In this document: one piece after another, positions 1-12,246 of the stretch
Layout of the letters: every line of letters begins with the position of its first letter
How positions within the stretch are numbered: the first letter of the stretch is position 1
Source: the human T2T-CHM13v2.0 reference genome, Homo sapiens
Reading direction: 5' to 3' (one strand)
Assembly (NCBI RefSeq): GCF_009914755.1
Contig: NC_060933.1
Length of the DNA: 64,000 nucleotides
Position numbers and translations under genes: made by a program
Notes under the pieces: generated by a model
The model's database searches: none
What the model was told of the DNA's origin: nothing
The model's input: only the letters and a program-made list of their open reading frames with translations

Positions 1-113
1 TAAGAATATGTATTTGAGCACACTGCATTTCTCTTCCTCCTGAAACATCTTTAGAAATCATAGCCTTTTTAAATTTAAAATTCATTGGTGATTCTTAGAT
101 TTTAGCATCAAAG

Positions 114-861
114 TGAGGACTAAGCTCTGATTTTTCTCTTGCCCAAATTCCTACCTAAGGGGTCTAGGGAGTCATGCCCTATGAACCATAAATTCTTGTC
201 AGATGGGTTTTATTTGACCCTATATATTGTGACTGACTTTTCAGTCTGACTTTGGCATAACGTTATGAGACGAGGAAAAATATTTAACCCCAAAATACAT
301 TTCCTTGCCATATCTTGAAGTTGCCCTGCAAAGTCTCTTGTGGGGAAAAATCCACATTCTCTGGAGAATCCCCTTCCCCCTTTGTTTTCCTCCCTTCTTT
401 CCAGATCCAGGAGATAATTAACTAAGAGGCTGGCACCCTTTTAAGTCCCATAAGAAACATTTTACAACCTACTGTCTCTCTAAAGTCTGCTGAGAAATTC
501 CTCTGCACACTAAAACTTGGTCCCCACAATCCTTTATCTTAACCTGAACATTCCTTTCCATTAATCCCAGGTCTTCAGATAAACTCCACCAATTGTCAAC
601 CACAAAATGTTCAAATTTACCTATAGCCTGGAATCCCCCGCTTTGAGTTGTCCCACCTTTCTGAACCAAACCAATGTCGTGCTTAAATGTATTTGATTGA
701 TGTCTCATGCCTCTCTAAAATATATAAAACCAAGCTGTATCCTAACCACCTTGGGCACATGTTCTCAGGACCTCCTGAGGGCTGTGTCACAGGACATGGT
801 CACTCATATTTGGCTTAGAATAAATCTCTTCAAATATTTTACAGAGTTTACTCTATCAATA
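114..861 (+). mobile_element. Solo LTR, MER4 family (MER4E/E1-like, ERV1)
   Basis: Starts TGAGGACTAAGCTCTGATTTTT...CCCAAATTCCTACCTAAGGGGTCT and ends AATAAATCTCTTCAAATATTTTACAGAGTTT..., as in MER4 LTRs; flanked by 4-bp AAAG duplication (110-113 and 862-865). Confidence 0.85.
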
Positions 862-1653
862 AAAGAAAAGGTACAATTGCAACAAAAGAATTCTGTGTTC
901 TTAATATTCCTGATTAAGCAGCTGCTCTGCTCAGCACCTCTCGGAAGATTTTGTACAATATGAAATACCTTCCAGAGCTGAGCATCATTCTGAGCTTCAG
1001 CATTACCTCATTTTCATCAAAATAGATGTAAACGTGATTATTTTAAATGACTAGAGCATTTCCAAGCATTTAGCTTTTAAAACTCAGATGAGACTTAATC
1101 AACTGTTTTCCCATTTTATATCACCAACGTCTCTTATTCTGCATAGCTCAGAAGTCAAGCTGAGCTTGAATTAAAATCCAGTTTTCCAGGCTGTTACTGA
1201 AAGATAAAAAGACTAATTGGTTTACAGCTTCTTCAAAGCCTGTATACCATAGGTTGAGTTTCTGATGTTTAATCATTTATGTTACTGTATAGTGTCTATC
1301 CTATTACTGACAAACCCAAACCTTCTATGGGTTGTTTTCTCTTAGTGCCTGTGATCTCACCACAGCAAATCACCATTTCACCATAAGCATCTTTTTATTA
1401 TTAGTTGGAGATCCCATACTATGCCACTAGTTGCTGCAAATCCGTTAGGCATTAATGACATATACTCCATAGCCATTCTGCTGTGAGTTAGCAATGAATA
1501 AATCCATTAAAATGAAGGGTTGCTGAACTTCCTGCATTACTGTGTGAGGAGCTCTGCCAGCTTGCTCCACAGAGAAACTGGTGAAAATTATTAAAAGCAA
1601 ACTAACTCAAAGCCTCTGGAAATGATCCTAAAGGCATACAGCAAATGAAGAAA

Positions 1654-1940
1654 TAATCCCAGCACTTTGGGAAGCCGAGGCGGGTGGATCATGAGGTCAG
1701 GAGATCGAGAGCATCCTGGCTAACTTGGTGAAACCCCATCACTACTAAAAATACAAAAAAATTAGCCAGGCGTGGTGGAGGGCGCCTGTAGTGCCAGCTA
1801 CTCAGGAGGCTGAGGCAGGAAAATGGCATGAATCCGGGAGGCAGAGGTTGCAGTGAGCCGAGATTGTGCCCCTGCGCTCCAGCCTGGGCGACAGAGCGAG
1901 ACTCTGTCTAAAAATAAATAAATAAATAAATAAATAAAGA
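1654..1940 (+). mobile_element. Alu (AluY/Sc-like), 5'-truncated, (TAAA)n tail
   Basis: Alu dimer with GGATCATGAGGTCAGGAGATCGAG diagnostic segment. Confidence 0.95.
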
Positions 1941-2298
<358 letters not shown>

Positions 2299-3237
2299 TT
2301 AATGAGGCATAGACTTTGCATCATGTTGTCATAGCCAAGAAGATGGGGATCCCTCTCCCTCTAGCTCCCAGTGGAGAGCGCTTTCTTCCCAGGAGGAGCA
2401 GGACTTCAGCATTTCTCGTCTTGTCCACAGCTATCTGTTGCTGAGGTTAAGTAGTGGGTGTGTTCAGTCAGAATGGGGGCTCCCTTCCTCCTATCCCCCA
2501 CTTATGGAGTAGAGACTGTACCTTGGACAGGCACATTAAAAGAATTGGGGCCCCAGTCACCCTTGCTGCAGTTCATGAGTTGGTGGTTCCATGCCACCAA
2601 AAACAATCTCAGGCTGTGGCATTTGCTCTCCACCAAGCACTCAGATCCTGGAGCACAGCTGTCACTCAGAAAGCAACTTGTCTTTGTCTTCACCCCCAGC
2701 TCTAGAACCCTGGCTTAGAGATTTTGCCTGGGGAAAGAAGCAAGCTATAAAACAACTCTCAATGTCTTCGAAAGGAAACTGACTTCATTTGCAACACACT
2801 GTGGAGAAGCCCAAGCCAAAGGGCACTCTCAAGAGCAGTGGAGAGACTGTGGTGAAAGGCACTTGGGAGGCACATTTGTGAAGTTAATGAAGATAGAGCC
2901 TAGACTGTGGGTTGCCTAGGAGAGAACCAGAGAGAACCAGAATATGACAGCTGGAAGGAGCCCTCATAGGGTGAAAACAATTATGAAGCACTGACCACAG
3001 AAATCATTCCTTCAAAGGGACCACAATTTGGGGTGAATTCGTTTGTAAAGCTATTTATGCCCCCAGGGTACTTTTTAAAACAATAATGCAATCAGCCAGC
3101 AATTAGTGGAGTTCAATAGCTGGGTGTGGTCAGGGAAGGAAAGAAAAAGAGTCCTACCAATCCTATTATCATCCCAGGGTTACTGTAGCCATCCCCAAAG
3201 CCATGCCTCCCTGAGGAGCAACATTGGAGGCTTAACA

Positions 3238-3238
<1 letters not shown>

Positions 3239-3290
<52 letters not shown>

Positions 3291-3296
3291 TGTGTG
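3239..3296. repeat. (TG)21(CG)4 compound microsatellite
   Basis: Directly visible. Confidence 0.98.
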
Positions 3297-3409
3297 TTCA
3301 CATAAAACTTCACTAAAATAACCCAGCTGGTTAAGAAAAAAAAAAAGCAAGCAAATAATAATAATAGCCCAGGAGAGGGAAGTCTAGTGTTCAGAATTGC
3401 TACAGTATA

Positions 3410-3798
3410 TGACATAGTTTGGATGTTTGTCCCCTCCAAATCTTATGTTAACACTTGATCCCCAATGTTGTTGGAGTTTTGGCCTAGTGGGAGGTTCTTG
3501 GGTGATGGGGGTAGATCCCTCGTGAATGGCATGGTCACTTTCTCTTTGTAATGAGTGGGTTATCGCTCTGTTAGTTCATTTAAGAACTGATAGTTGAAAA
3601 GAACCATACCCTTCTCTCACCTCTTCCTTTCTCATGTGTGACATGCCTTCTTCCCCTTCCTGAGGCCCTAACCAGAAGTAGATGCTCATGCCATGCTTCT
3701 TATACAGCCTGCAGAATGGTGAGCCAAATAAACCTCTTTTCTTTATAAATTACCCACCCTCAGGTATTCCTTTAGAGTAATGCAAATGAACTAATACA
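3410..3798 (+). mobile_element. MaLR solo LTR (MST family)
   Basis: TGACATAGTTTGGATGTTTGTCCCCTCCAAATCT start; AATAAACCTCTTTTCTTTATAAATTACCC...GAACTAATACA end. Confidence 0.88.
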
Positions 3799-3956
3799 AT
3801 ATATTATCTAAAATGTCCCATTTCCAACAAAAAATTATGCAAAGAAACAGGAAAGCATGATCCATACGCAGGAAAAAAGCAGGCAACACAAACTGCCTAT
3901 GAGAGCAACCAGATGTCATATTTAACAGGAAAGTATTTCAAAATAGCCACCAAAAA

Positions 3957-4450
3957 TGTTGGAGATAAATGCTCGGTGCCGCAAAGTGAAACCAGCACTC
4001 AGGCAAAAGTTTTTGCAGCAAGGCAACTTACTTCTGCAGAAGGGTGCTACTTGCATCAATCACAATTGCAAGAGCACACTGAATAAAGGAAAGCAGGGGT
4101 TTTTATTCGTAATGCAATCCCTACATCTGTGTCACTCCCCCATGGGCTGGGGTCAGACTGCACAATCTAAACTGACCTGATGGGCTATTTGTGAATATTT
4201 TCCCAAATAAGGAAGGGAAGGGGAATGTGAGGTACAGTGGTAGGACATGCAGTTTCAGTGGGAGGAATTGGTGTAGAGCAGGTAGCCAAGGGAACAGATG
4301 TGAAGTTATTGATTAGAACTGACGGGAAGGTTGTTTACAGTAACTAGGGACAAGGAGGCATGGAGAACAAGAAAGTTGAGTTTGAGAACAAAGAACAAGG
4401 AAGTTAACAAGCTAAACATGTGAAGAGGAATAAATTTATTGTATCCTACA
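3957..4450 (-). repeat. 3' LTR of provirus (LTR10 class, probably LTR10B-like)
   Basis: About 90% identical to 12247-12739; preceded on the minus strand by the PPT. Confidence 0.93.
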
Positions 4451-4472
4451 ATTTCCCCCCTCTTAATTTTTA
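4451..4472 (-). promoter_or_regulatory. Polypurine tract (PPT)
   Basis: Minus strand reads AAAAATTAAGAGGGGGGAAAT immediately before the 3' LTR TG. Confidence 0.9.
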
Positions 4473-6457
4473 TAGTCCTTCCTCTTCAGACCTTTTTAAG
4501 ATGTCTTGGCTTTGCTGTTCGACTTCATCCTCTAAAAGGAACAACTTATCTGAATAAGGTGGAGGAGAGCTAAGGGAGGCTTTAGTAAGTACTGTTTCTA
4601 TAAGCCTTTGTACTAGCCCATGGATGCATGGTATGACACAACACCCAACAAGAATGAGTACACCTATTATGGCTGCAAGAGAAGTAAGCACTGAGGCTGT
4701 GATTCCTTTCCATTTACCAAATCACCTTTCTAGCTAGCCATGCTTAGAAAGGGTTATCAACTCTAGAATTTTTAGCTAATTCATTGGATAAAGAGGTAAG
4801 TCTCTGTAAGGCCTTGTTATGTTCCCATTGGGGGCAGTATTGTTTGGGATGAAGGTACAACATTGAGTTTTAATTATAATGCAAACTCCACCTTTTTCAG
4901 CTAACATCATGTCTAGGGCCATTCTGTTTTCCCAAACCATCTGGCTAGTAGGCCCTAACTGGTCAGCTATTACTTTGATGGCATCTCTAGTGTAATTAAT
5001 AAATCATTGCTGTTTATAATAGATGTAATTTATCCAATTTACATTTTTATTAATAGTTACTCATGGAAATACTGATTCAAATCCTGCAGCTATTTGGTCT
5101 GGGCTTTGAATTTATCAGGTACTCCCCGTGGGACTCTAATTGCATCTAAATAAACTTGAGAGTCAAAAGACCCATAAGGGGCTTCTCTTATTTTATGGTG
5201 TTGCATTTTTTCTTTTTCTGGTTGATGAAATGCCAGGGTGAAAGGGATAGCCAATTAGACAAGAGCATAAGTACCACTCCAGTTACTTGACAGAGTGTCC
5301 AGTAAGGGTCTGCCACAATACCACCACACATCTGCTCGAGGATGGCTAAGGGCAGACTGATGGGTAAGCTTCTAGAAGGGCTTAAGCTCACTGCATCCTG
5401 TTAAGCTTCCAAGGAATGCCAAGTTTTCCCCTTGTTGTGAGAGACACAAGGTGAAATTGACGTTGGGAGATGGAAGCTGGATGGCCTTCGGGGGCTGACC
5501 CGCAGGGTGTTGGATTTCAGGATAGAGCAGAAAGAGAGCTTGGCATTATTTATTGTCCCAAGCTGTAGAATCCTGGAAGAGAGCTATCATGCAGCCCATG
5601 CCTGGTTGACTAGCGGACCATCCAAGTGGAAAGAGGACAATCTGGGCCTCTGGCTGGCCGTGCACACAAGCATAACAATTGCTTTTGTTTAACATGTGGA
5701 CAGAATATTTGATCCATTCCAACCAGGAATTTGCATCTTGATATCCTGTTTCAATTGCTAAAGTTTGCCTTAAATCATTTACTTCTACAATATCTACCTT
5801 AGTCTTATCATTGGGTATAGAGGGGATAGCAGTTTGATTAGAAGAAGGCTTAGAAGGAGAAGAGAGGAAAGGGGGTGAAGAGGATGAGGGATTAATAAAA
5901 TGCATTTCAAAAGTCCCTATGAGGTCTGTGCCAGCCAAGTTGGCTCCCATGCTGTAGAAGCGGCTCAAAGTAGGTCTAGGGTCGGTAGAGGTGGAAGTGA
6001 GAATTGAAATTTGCACTGGATTACATTGGTTATACTGGCAATTGGGGTTGGAGGTGCTTTCTTTAGTAAAGTGAATGTATGGTTTTAAGGATACACAACC
6101 ACCTGTCAATGAGGTCTAGCCTTGATATTTGGTTGTCCACAGAACATCATTCCTGCTATGGCAGACCTGTTTCTCTATATTTGTTAAAGAGCAAGAGTCT
6201 TGGTAGGGGGAACCTCTATTTTAAAGGGGCAGAGATACTTTTCTAAGGCTAAGAGTTTCCTTTGACTTTGAAGATCTCTACAGGGTATGACTAAACAAGC
6301 ATCAAACGTAATAACTTTGGGGGAGTTTGATTTAGTTACATTGATAACAAGGTGGTCAGCAATAGAATGAGAAAAGAAGAAAGAGTAATAGAATAGATGA
6401 AAGAGAGTTAAACTTAGCTTTAGTTTGAGGGGGTTTTCCCCTGGGACAATGGCCCAT
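4470..6457 (-). pseudogene. env: Retroviral env pseudogene (HERV-IP / EnvP(b)-like), broken by frameshifts and stops
   Basis: Probable ATG at 6457; SU fragment 5546-6109 with CYAC (CXXC); TM immunosuppressive domain ENRMALDMMLAEKGGVC plus CX6CC (CIIIKTQCC) at ~4850-4935; membrane anchor and tail 4470-4691. Confidence 0.92.
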
Positions 6458-9400
6458 GACTGCGGAGGTGGTGGTGCTTTCTTGACTCAGGTGTGATGGG
6501 TCCATCCTTTTTCTGCTATCAGGACTGTGGTTCCAGTGGTTAGAAGCACTTAGGTGAAGTCCTTCCCAGGACAGCTCAAGTTTTTCTTCTTTCTAGCTTT
6601 TGATGAGGACATGATCCCCAGGCTGATGTTGATGTACTGGGAACTCCAGGGGCGGCGCCTGTGCTAGGAGACCTTTGGTTTTTAAAAAAAGAGAAAGTAG
6701 AGGAGAGACCAAGTATATAATTCCTGAGGAATTGATCTTTTGTTTCAAATGTAGGAATGCCAGCAGTGGAGTGTAAATAAGGCAATTAGAGCATCTCATA
6801 AGGAGAAAGGCCAATATCTTTCCAAGGAGCAGCTCAGATTCTTAAAAGGCAATAAGAAGACATTTGGTCCATGGCAACTGAGTCTCTAGAACTAATTTGG
6901 TTATGTGGTTCTTTAAGGTCTAATTCATCCTTTCTATTCTTCTTGAGGAAGGTGGGTGCCAAGGAGTATGATATTCCCATCTAATGTCTAGGGCTTGGGA
7001 TAGCTTTTTAATGATATGTGCTATGAAATGGGTTCCATTGTCTGAATCAATATTTTCTATTGGTCCAAACCTGGGCACTATCTTTTCAGTTAATGCTTTA
7101 ACTACATTATTGGCCATTGCATTTGAAAAGGGAATAGCTTCAACTCAATGAGTAAGGTGATCTGCTGTTACTAATAAGTACTTTAGGCGACCGATTGGGG
7201 GCATTTCAGTGTAGTCAATTTGAACACTTTGGAATGGTCTTAGCCCTGGATCCCTCCCCGCAAGGGGCGATTTCTTTGTAACTTGTTTGTTGGGTTTTTT
7301 TTTTTTACATATGAAGCAACTATCTTTAATCTGTTTGGCTACAGTATAAGTTCCTGAACACCCATAAACCCTGAGAACTGCATCACACATAGCTTGGGGT
7401 CCCCAGTGGGTCCCTTGATGCAGATGGGACAGGATTTCCTTCATGACGAGTTTGGATAGTATTTCTCATTGATCTGGTAACACCCATTTTCCTTCTGAGT
7501 TTTCTTTGGCTCCTATTCTTATTAATTTTTCCTTTTCTGCAGCAGAGAAGATAGAGGTTGCAGCAGGGGGAGGAAGACAAGGAGTTAAGTGAAAGATAGG
7601 TGTTTCAGATGAAACAGCAGCCTGCTTAGCTGCTTGATTTGCAAGGTTATTTCCCCAACTTGTAAAGGAAAAGTCTTTTTAGTGTCTGGGGACATGTACA
7701 ATGGCTATTTCTTCTGGCAACTGGAGATTGTTTAAAACATGGATGATTAGCTCTTCATGGGCAAGATTTTGGCCTTTAAAATTAATAAGAGGTTTCTCAG
7801 GCCAAATTTTTCCAAATGTATGTGCTACTCCAAAGGCATACTTAGAATCAGTATAAATAGTTTCTTCCTTGTTCTGTAAGTGTTTTAAAGCCTGGCTGAG
7901 GGCAAATGGTTCACAAACTTGGGCAGATCAACTATTGGGCAACCTTCCTGACTCTATTTCTTCAAGAGTTTCTCTATCAATTACTGAATACCCATTATGC
8001 CTTTCTCCTTTAATTACTTGGGAGGAACCATCTATAAATAAGCATCGCCCCATTTTGAAAGGGGTCTCTCCTAGATCTGGCCTGACCTTCATTTGGTAGT
8101 CAATTAAATCTAAACATAGGTGTTCTCTTTTTAGATTTGGGTCTCCTGTCAAGAAACCTGCTGGGTTGAGTGAATTATCAGTAGTTAAGGTTAAATTCAT
8201 CTTTTTTCTAGTAGAATAGCCTCATATTTTAATTTTTCAAGATTCAATTTCAGTATTTCAAGATTCTGGAGTCAGTGAGCACCTTCCTGCTTTTTTATTT
8301 AAAGTAGCTCTAACTTGGTGGGGTGTGCTTACAGTTAATTTTCCCCCAAAGGTTAATTTTCTGGTTTCTTCAACTAATACTTCTGTAGCTGCAACAGATT
8401 GAAAACATTGAGGCCATCTACAGGTATTGGGTGTAAAACTTTTGATAGGAAGGCTATGGGCTGCCAGCGGCCACTGGGTTCTTGAGTGAGCACCCCTAAA
8501 GCTACCCTGTTATTTATGTTAACAAAAAGATGAAATGGCTTTTCTAGGGAAGGTAAGGCTAAAAAACCTGATCGGCTTCCTCAGAAGTCCACAGGAGATG
8601 GTCCAGCTTCCACTAGGTAAGCTTTTCATATAAAAGTTTACTTTTTAGGGCATATGAGTCAATCCATAAGCAGCAGTATCCAACTAATCCTAAAAATGTT
8701 CTGAGTCCTTGCTTAGTTTGAGGCAGGGATAAGGACACGATGCCTTCAACTCACTCAGGCCCTATTCTTCACTTACCTCCACTGATAAAAGTGGCCTAAA
8801 TATTTAACTTCAGTCTCCACATACTGAAGCTTTCCCTTTGAGACCCATAGCCCCTCAAATTCCAGATGGTTAAGAATATGTGTAGAGAAGTCAGCTACTT
8901 TTTTTACATCTTCACCAGATATAAGAATATCACCCACATACTGGACCAGGCATATCTACTTTGGGATGACAACTTTTTCTGACACTTGTTCTAGATTTGG
9001 CCAAAAAGGTTTAGGGAGTCTGTGAACCCTTGAACTCCATTGATACTGTTGTTTTTGCCCTGAATGGGGGTCCTCCCACTCAAAAGCAAATGTGTCTCAG
9101 CTGTCTTTAGCCAAGGGGCATGCCCAGAAGGCATCCTTTAAGTCTATTACTGTAAACCACTGATGATTATATGGAATTTTGCTGAGAATGGTGTATGGGT
9201 TGGGGACAACAGGATGGGTAGTCTGGACTATTTGACTGATGGCTTTAAGATCTTGCACCAGTCAGTATGTCCCATCTGCTTTCTTGACTGGCAATACTGG
9301 AGTGTTATAAGGGGACATACAGGGTACAAGGGAGTCCATCTTTAATAAGACTTTCAATTATAGGCTTTAACCCTATTCTGCCCTCTAGGGGAATGGGGTA

Positions 9401-9900
9401 TTTTTTTCCTCCTCACTACTTCCCCAGTGGGTTTTTAGCTTGATGTGGCTTGGAGGGATTCGGAGTTTCCCTAGGTTTCCCTCCCTTGACCAGACATTGG
9501 GATTACTGTGTTTTTCATCTGCAGTGGTGAGTAGGTTTAATGAGGCAAGAAATCCTTTAGGGTGAACTTGTAGGCCTATGCCTAATTTTAGCATTAAGTC
9601 TCTTCCCAATAGATTAGTTCCTGCCTCAGGGATCAATAAAAATTGGATATGAGTCAATCAATCTTGGTATTTAACTTCTGTACTTTCTAAGATTTTTGCC
9701 TTAAATCCTTCTCCTTTTATCCCAGAGACTAAAAGTTCTTCTGAAGAGCAGGCAATGTTAGGTGGAGGGAAACAAATGGAGAAGTGAGCCACTCCTAAAT
9801 TGACTAAAAAGGTGATAGGCTCCTGTTTGGGTCCCACCTCTAAATTTATCAAGGGCTCCTGGTGGGATTCGAAGCAAAAGAGACAGAGCCCCTGACTCCC
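6440..9900 (-). pseudogene. pol: Retroviral pro-pol pseudogene (protease, RT, RNase H, integrase)
   Basis: Protease FLVNLG and NLLGRDL; RT QYVGDILI (8929-8940 is YVGD); RNase H LFIDGSS; integrase HHCC (HLHQGTH..CFIC), QIDYTEM, IDSDNGTHF, IERMN; many frameshifts. Confidence 0.95.
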
Positions 9901-11608
9901 CTATTCTTCCTCAAAAGTCATGAGTGGTAGGGCTTCTTTCTGCCTTTGCAATTCAGGACATTCTCTCTTGAAGTGGCCTGCTGTTCCACATTTGTAGTAC
10001 CTATCCTGTCTCTCCACTGTCTCAATCCTGGGATTCTTTAGCTTTGCTCCCCCATATTTTTTAGATGGTCTGGTAGATGAGGGGCGGGGTCCTCTAGATG
10101 GAGGCTTGTGTCCTTTAAACAGAGATCTGGACCCTTTATAGTTTCTGGCCCCCTGGAAGCTATATTTAGAAATGTGTGGGTTTGGAGCCACCTGCTGGAA
10201 AGTGGATAACATGAGTTTTGCCTTTTGTTTTTGCTTTTCTTTGTCTCTCTTTACGTACACTTTTGGAGCTTCCCTAAGGAGTTCACTCAGAGGTTGGTTT
10301 TCCCAATTTTCTAATTTTTGTAACGAAATATCTGGCTAACTTTTAGTGACAAAATGGAGCTTTAACATTCCCTGTCCAAGGGGATCTTCTAAATTTAGGC
10401 CTGCATATTGTCTCATTTGGTCCTTTAGTCTGTCTAGAAATTTCATAGGCCCCTCATCTTTTTCCTGTTATGAAACAACAATCAAGTGCTCTAGAGAGCT
10501 TTTGGGTTCGGGGTACTGATTCCCTAATTCCTTTTATTATCGTGTCCCTTAGGTCTTGCATATTTTCCTGGTGAGCCACATTATTATTGTCCCACCAGGG
10601 GTCTTGGGTGGGAAACTTCTGATCTGCAGTAGGAAGGTTTTGACCGGGAGGGTGTTCATGTTCCCAAATTACCATAGCAGGCTTATGGATCATGCTTCTT
10701 TCTTCCCCCGAAAAGAGGATGCCTAGGATGGACATTAACTCAACGCAAGTGTATAATTGAGGTCCCAAGAATTGATCAACTTGATCTGCCACCCATAAGG
10801 GTCATCAAACAATGGCTTAAGTTCCTTCGTCAAAGTTTGGATCTCCAAACTGGTTAAGGGAGCATTCACAAAGCCAATAGCTCCCCATTCTTGTGGCACC
10901 TCCTTTAAGGGGAAGAGAGTTGGGGCTGACTCCTTAGATGTAGAGGGAAATGGGAAATTTTGGATAGCATTTCTCCATTGTTCTATATCATGTTGGAGTC
11001 CTTTTAGGGAAGGGTACTGGGGCTGAGAAGTAACAGGCTCATGGGATGGTTCCCAAGAATCAGGATTGTAAGGAGGAGGCATAATGTGAGCAGGGGAAGG
11101 ATCTGGATCAGGATCTAGGATGGCAGCAGCTGCCTGAGGGGAAGGGTTAGGGGCACTGAGTGGGGGAAGATGGTCTAGGGGATCCTATATGCTGGAGTCT
11201 TTAGGCACAGGAACTGGCTTTTCTGACTCTTCATTTTGAGATTCTAGATTGAGTTTTTCCCTAGTTGTCTTTAAGGAAAAAGGAGAATGGGTCCCTGACT
11301 CCAAACAAAGAGCACAATCCAGTTCTTCTTGAGAAACCAGGCTTTTATCATTTACTTATTAAATCAGAAGTTGACACACCACATCCTCATTTGACCCAAA
11401 CATCGGCCAGAAGATTGAGGGTTTGAGGATGGGTCCCTGAGTCCAAATAAAACCGCAATATTTTATCATTTGTTGCTTTTTCTTTTTGTTTAGTCCTCTC
11501 ATTATCTTTCCAATATTTTAACATGAGACCCAGGGGACTATCAGAGGGAATATCTTTATTGCTATCTTTATCCCTTTTACTCCCTGTCTTGCTTGGGGTA
11601 TTTCCCAT
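9901..11608 (-). pseudogene. gag: Retroviral gag pseudogene
   Basis: MGNTPS myristoylation-type start, PPPY late domain (ORF 10735-11082), MHR-like QEKDEGPMKFLDRL (~10430-10470), zinc knuckle YYKCGTAGHFKREC, TAG stop at 9901-9903; split across at least 4 ORFs. Confidence 0.93.
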
Positions 11609-12224
11609 GTTGAGTCCTAGTTAGGCTCAATCCCTCGTATTAGAGATTTCTTGCCTATCCTTCTCTGGAGGCTTATTGAGACTCAATCCCTCATATTAGA
11701 GATTTCTTGCCTATCCTTTAGCCCCACCTGCTGGAGGCTCCTTGTACCCTTCTTTCACTGTGTCCACTCTGGCCGCTTCCCTGAGGGGAATTTAGGTCCC
11801 TCTTAGCATTGGTGTGCCAGTATAAACCCCACAGCAGGATGCTCCCTAAGCCATATGAGGTGACCACGGAACCGCAGATAGGAACCACTCACTCTGCACA
11901 GCAGTAGTGCTTAGTACCATCCACACAAGCACACTGCCAGCAGTAGTGCTTGTGATCATCCACACACACTTTCAACCTCCAGAATATCCCGACCACCAAG
12001 GAAATACTTTGTCACTCCAGTGACATTTCTTACCTTGGCCTGTGCACAGAGTTACCTGGTCTCTGTGCTGTTGCAAGCCTTTTTCTCCCTGCATTGCTGA
12101 GAGTCTGGGTTTATTCATTGCGCTGGGTGGGTCCTGATCCCTCACCCTGAGGCCACTGCAATGAGACAGTGGGATGCTCCTCATGAAAGGTGACAGGAGA
12201 CCCCGTTCCCAGAGGAGAATGGGA

Positions 12225-12242
12225 ATCCTGGACGAGCCCCAA
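12225..12242 (-). promoter_or_regulatory. Primer binding site complementary to tRNA-Pro
   Basis: Minus strand TTGGGGCTCGTCCAGGAT vs canonical Pro PBS TGGGGGCTCGTCCGGGAT (16/18), 4 nt after the 5' LTR. Confidence 0.92.
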
Positions 12243-12246
12243 TATT

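Noticed and set aside
3956-4180. Similar plus-strand ORFs at 3956-4180 and 12174-12455 as a duplicated gene
   Set aside because: They are antisense readings of the two LTR copies
4235-4425. p53 response element in the LTR10-class LTR
   Set aside because: Only isolated imperfect half-sites (GGACATGCAG; AACAAGCT/AAACATGTG not correctly spaced); no full two-half-site match seen
5546-6109. 187-aa ORF as a functional co-opted Env
   Set aside because: Non-ATG start (TTG), no in-frame signal peptide, premature stop, upstream frameshifts and degenerate furin site
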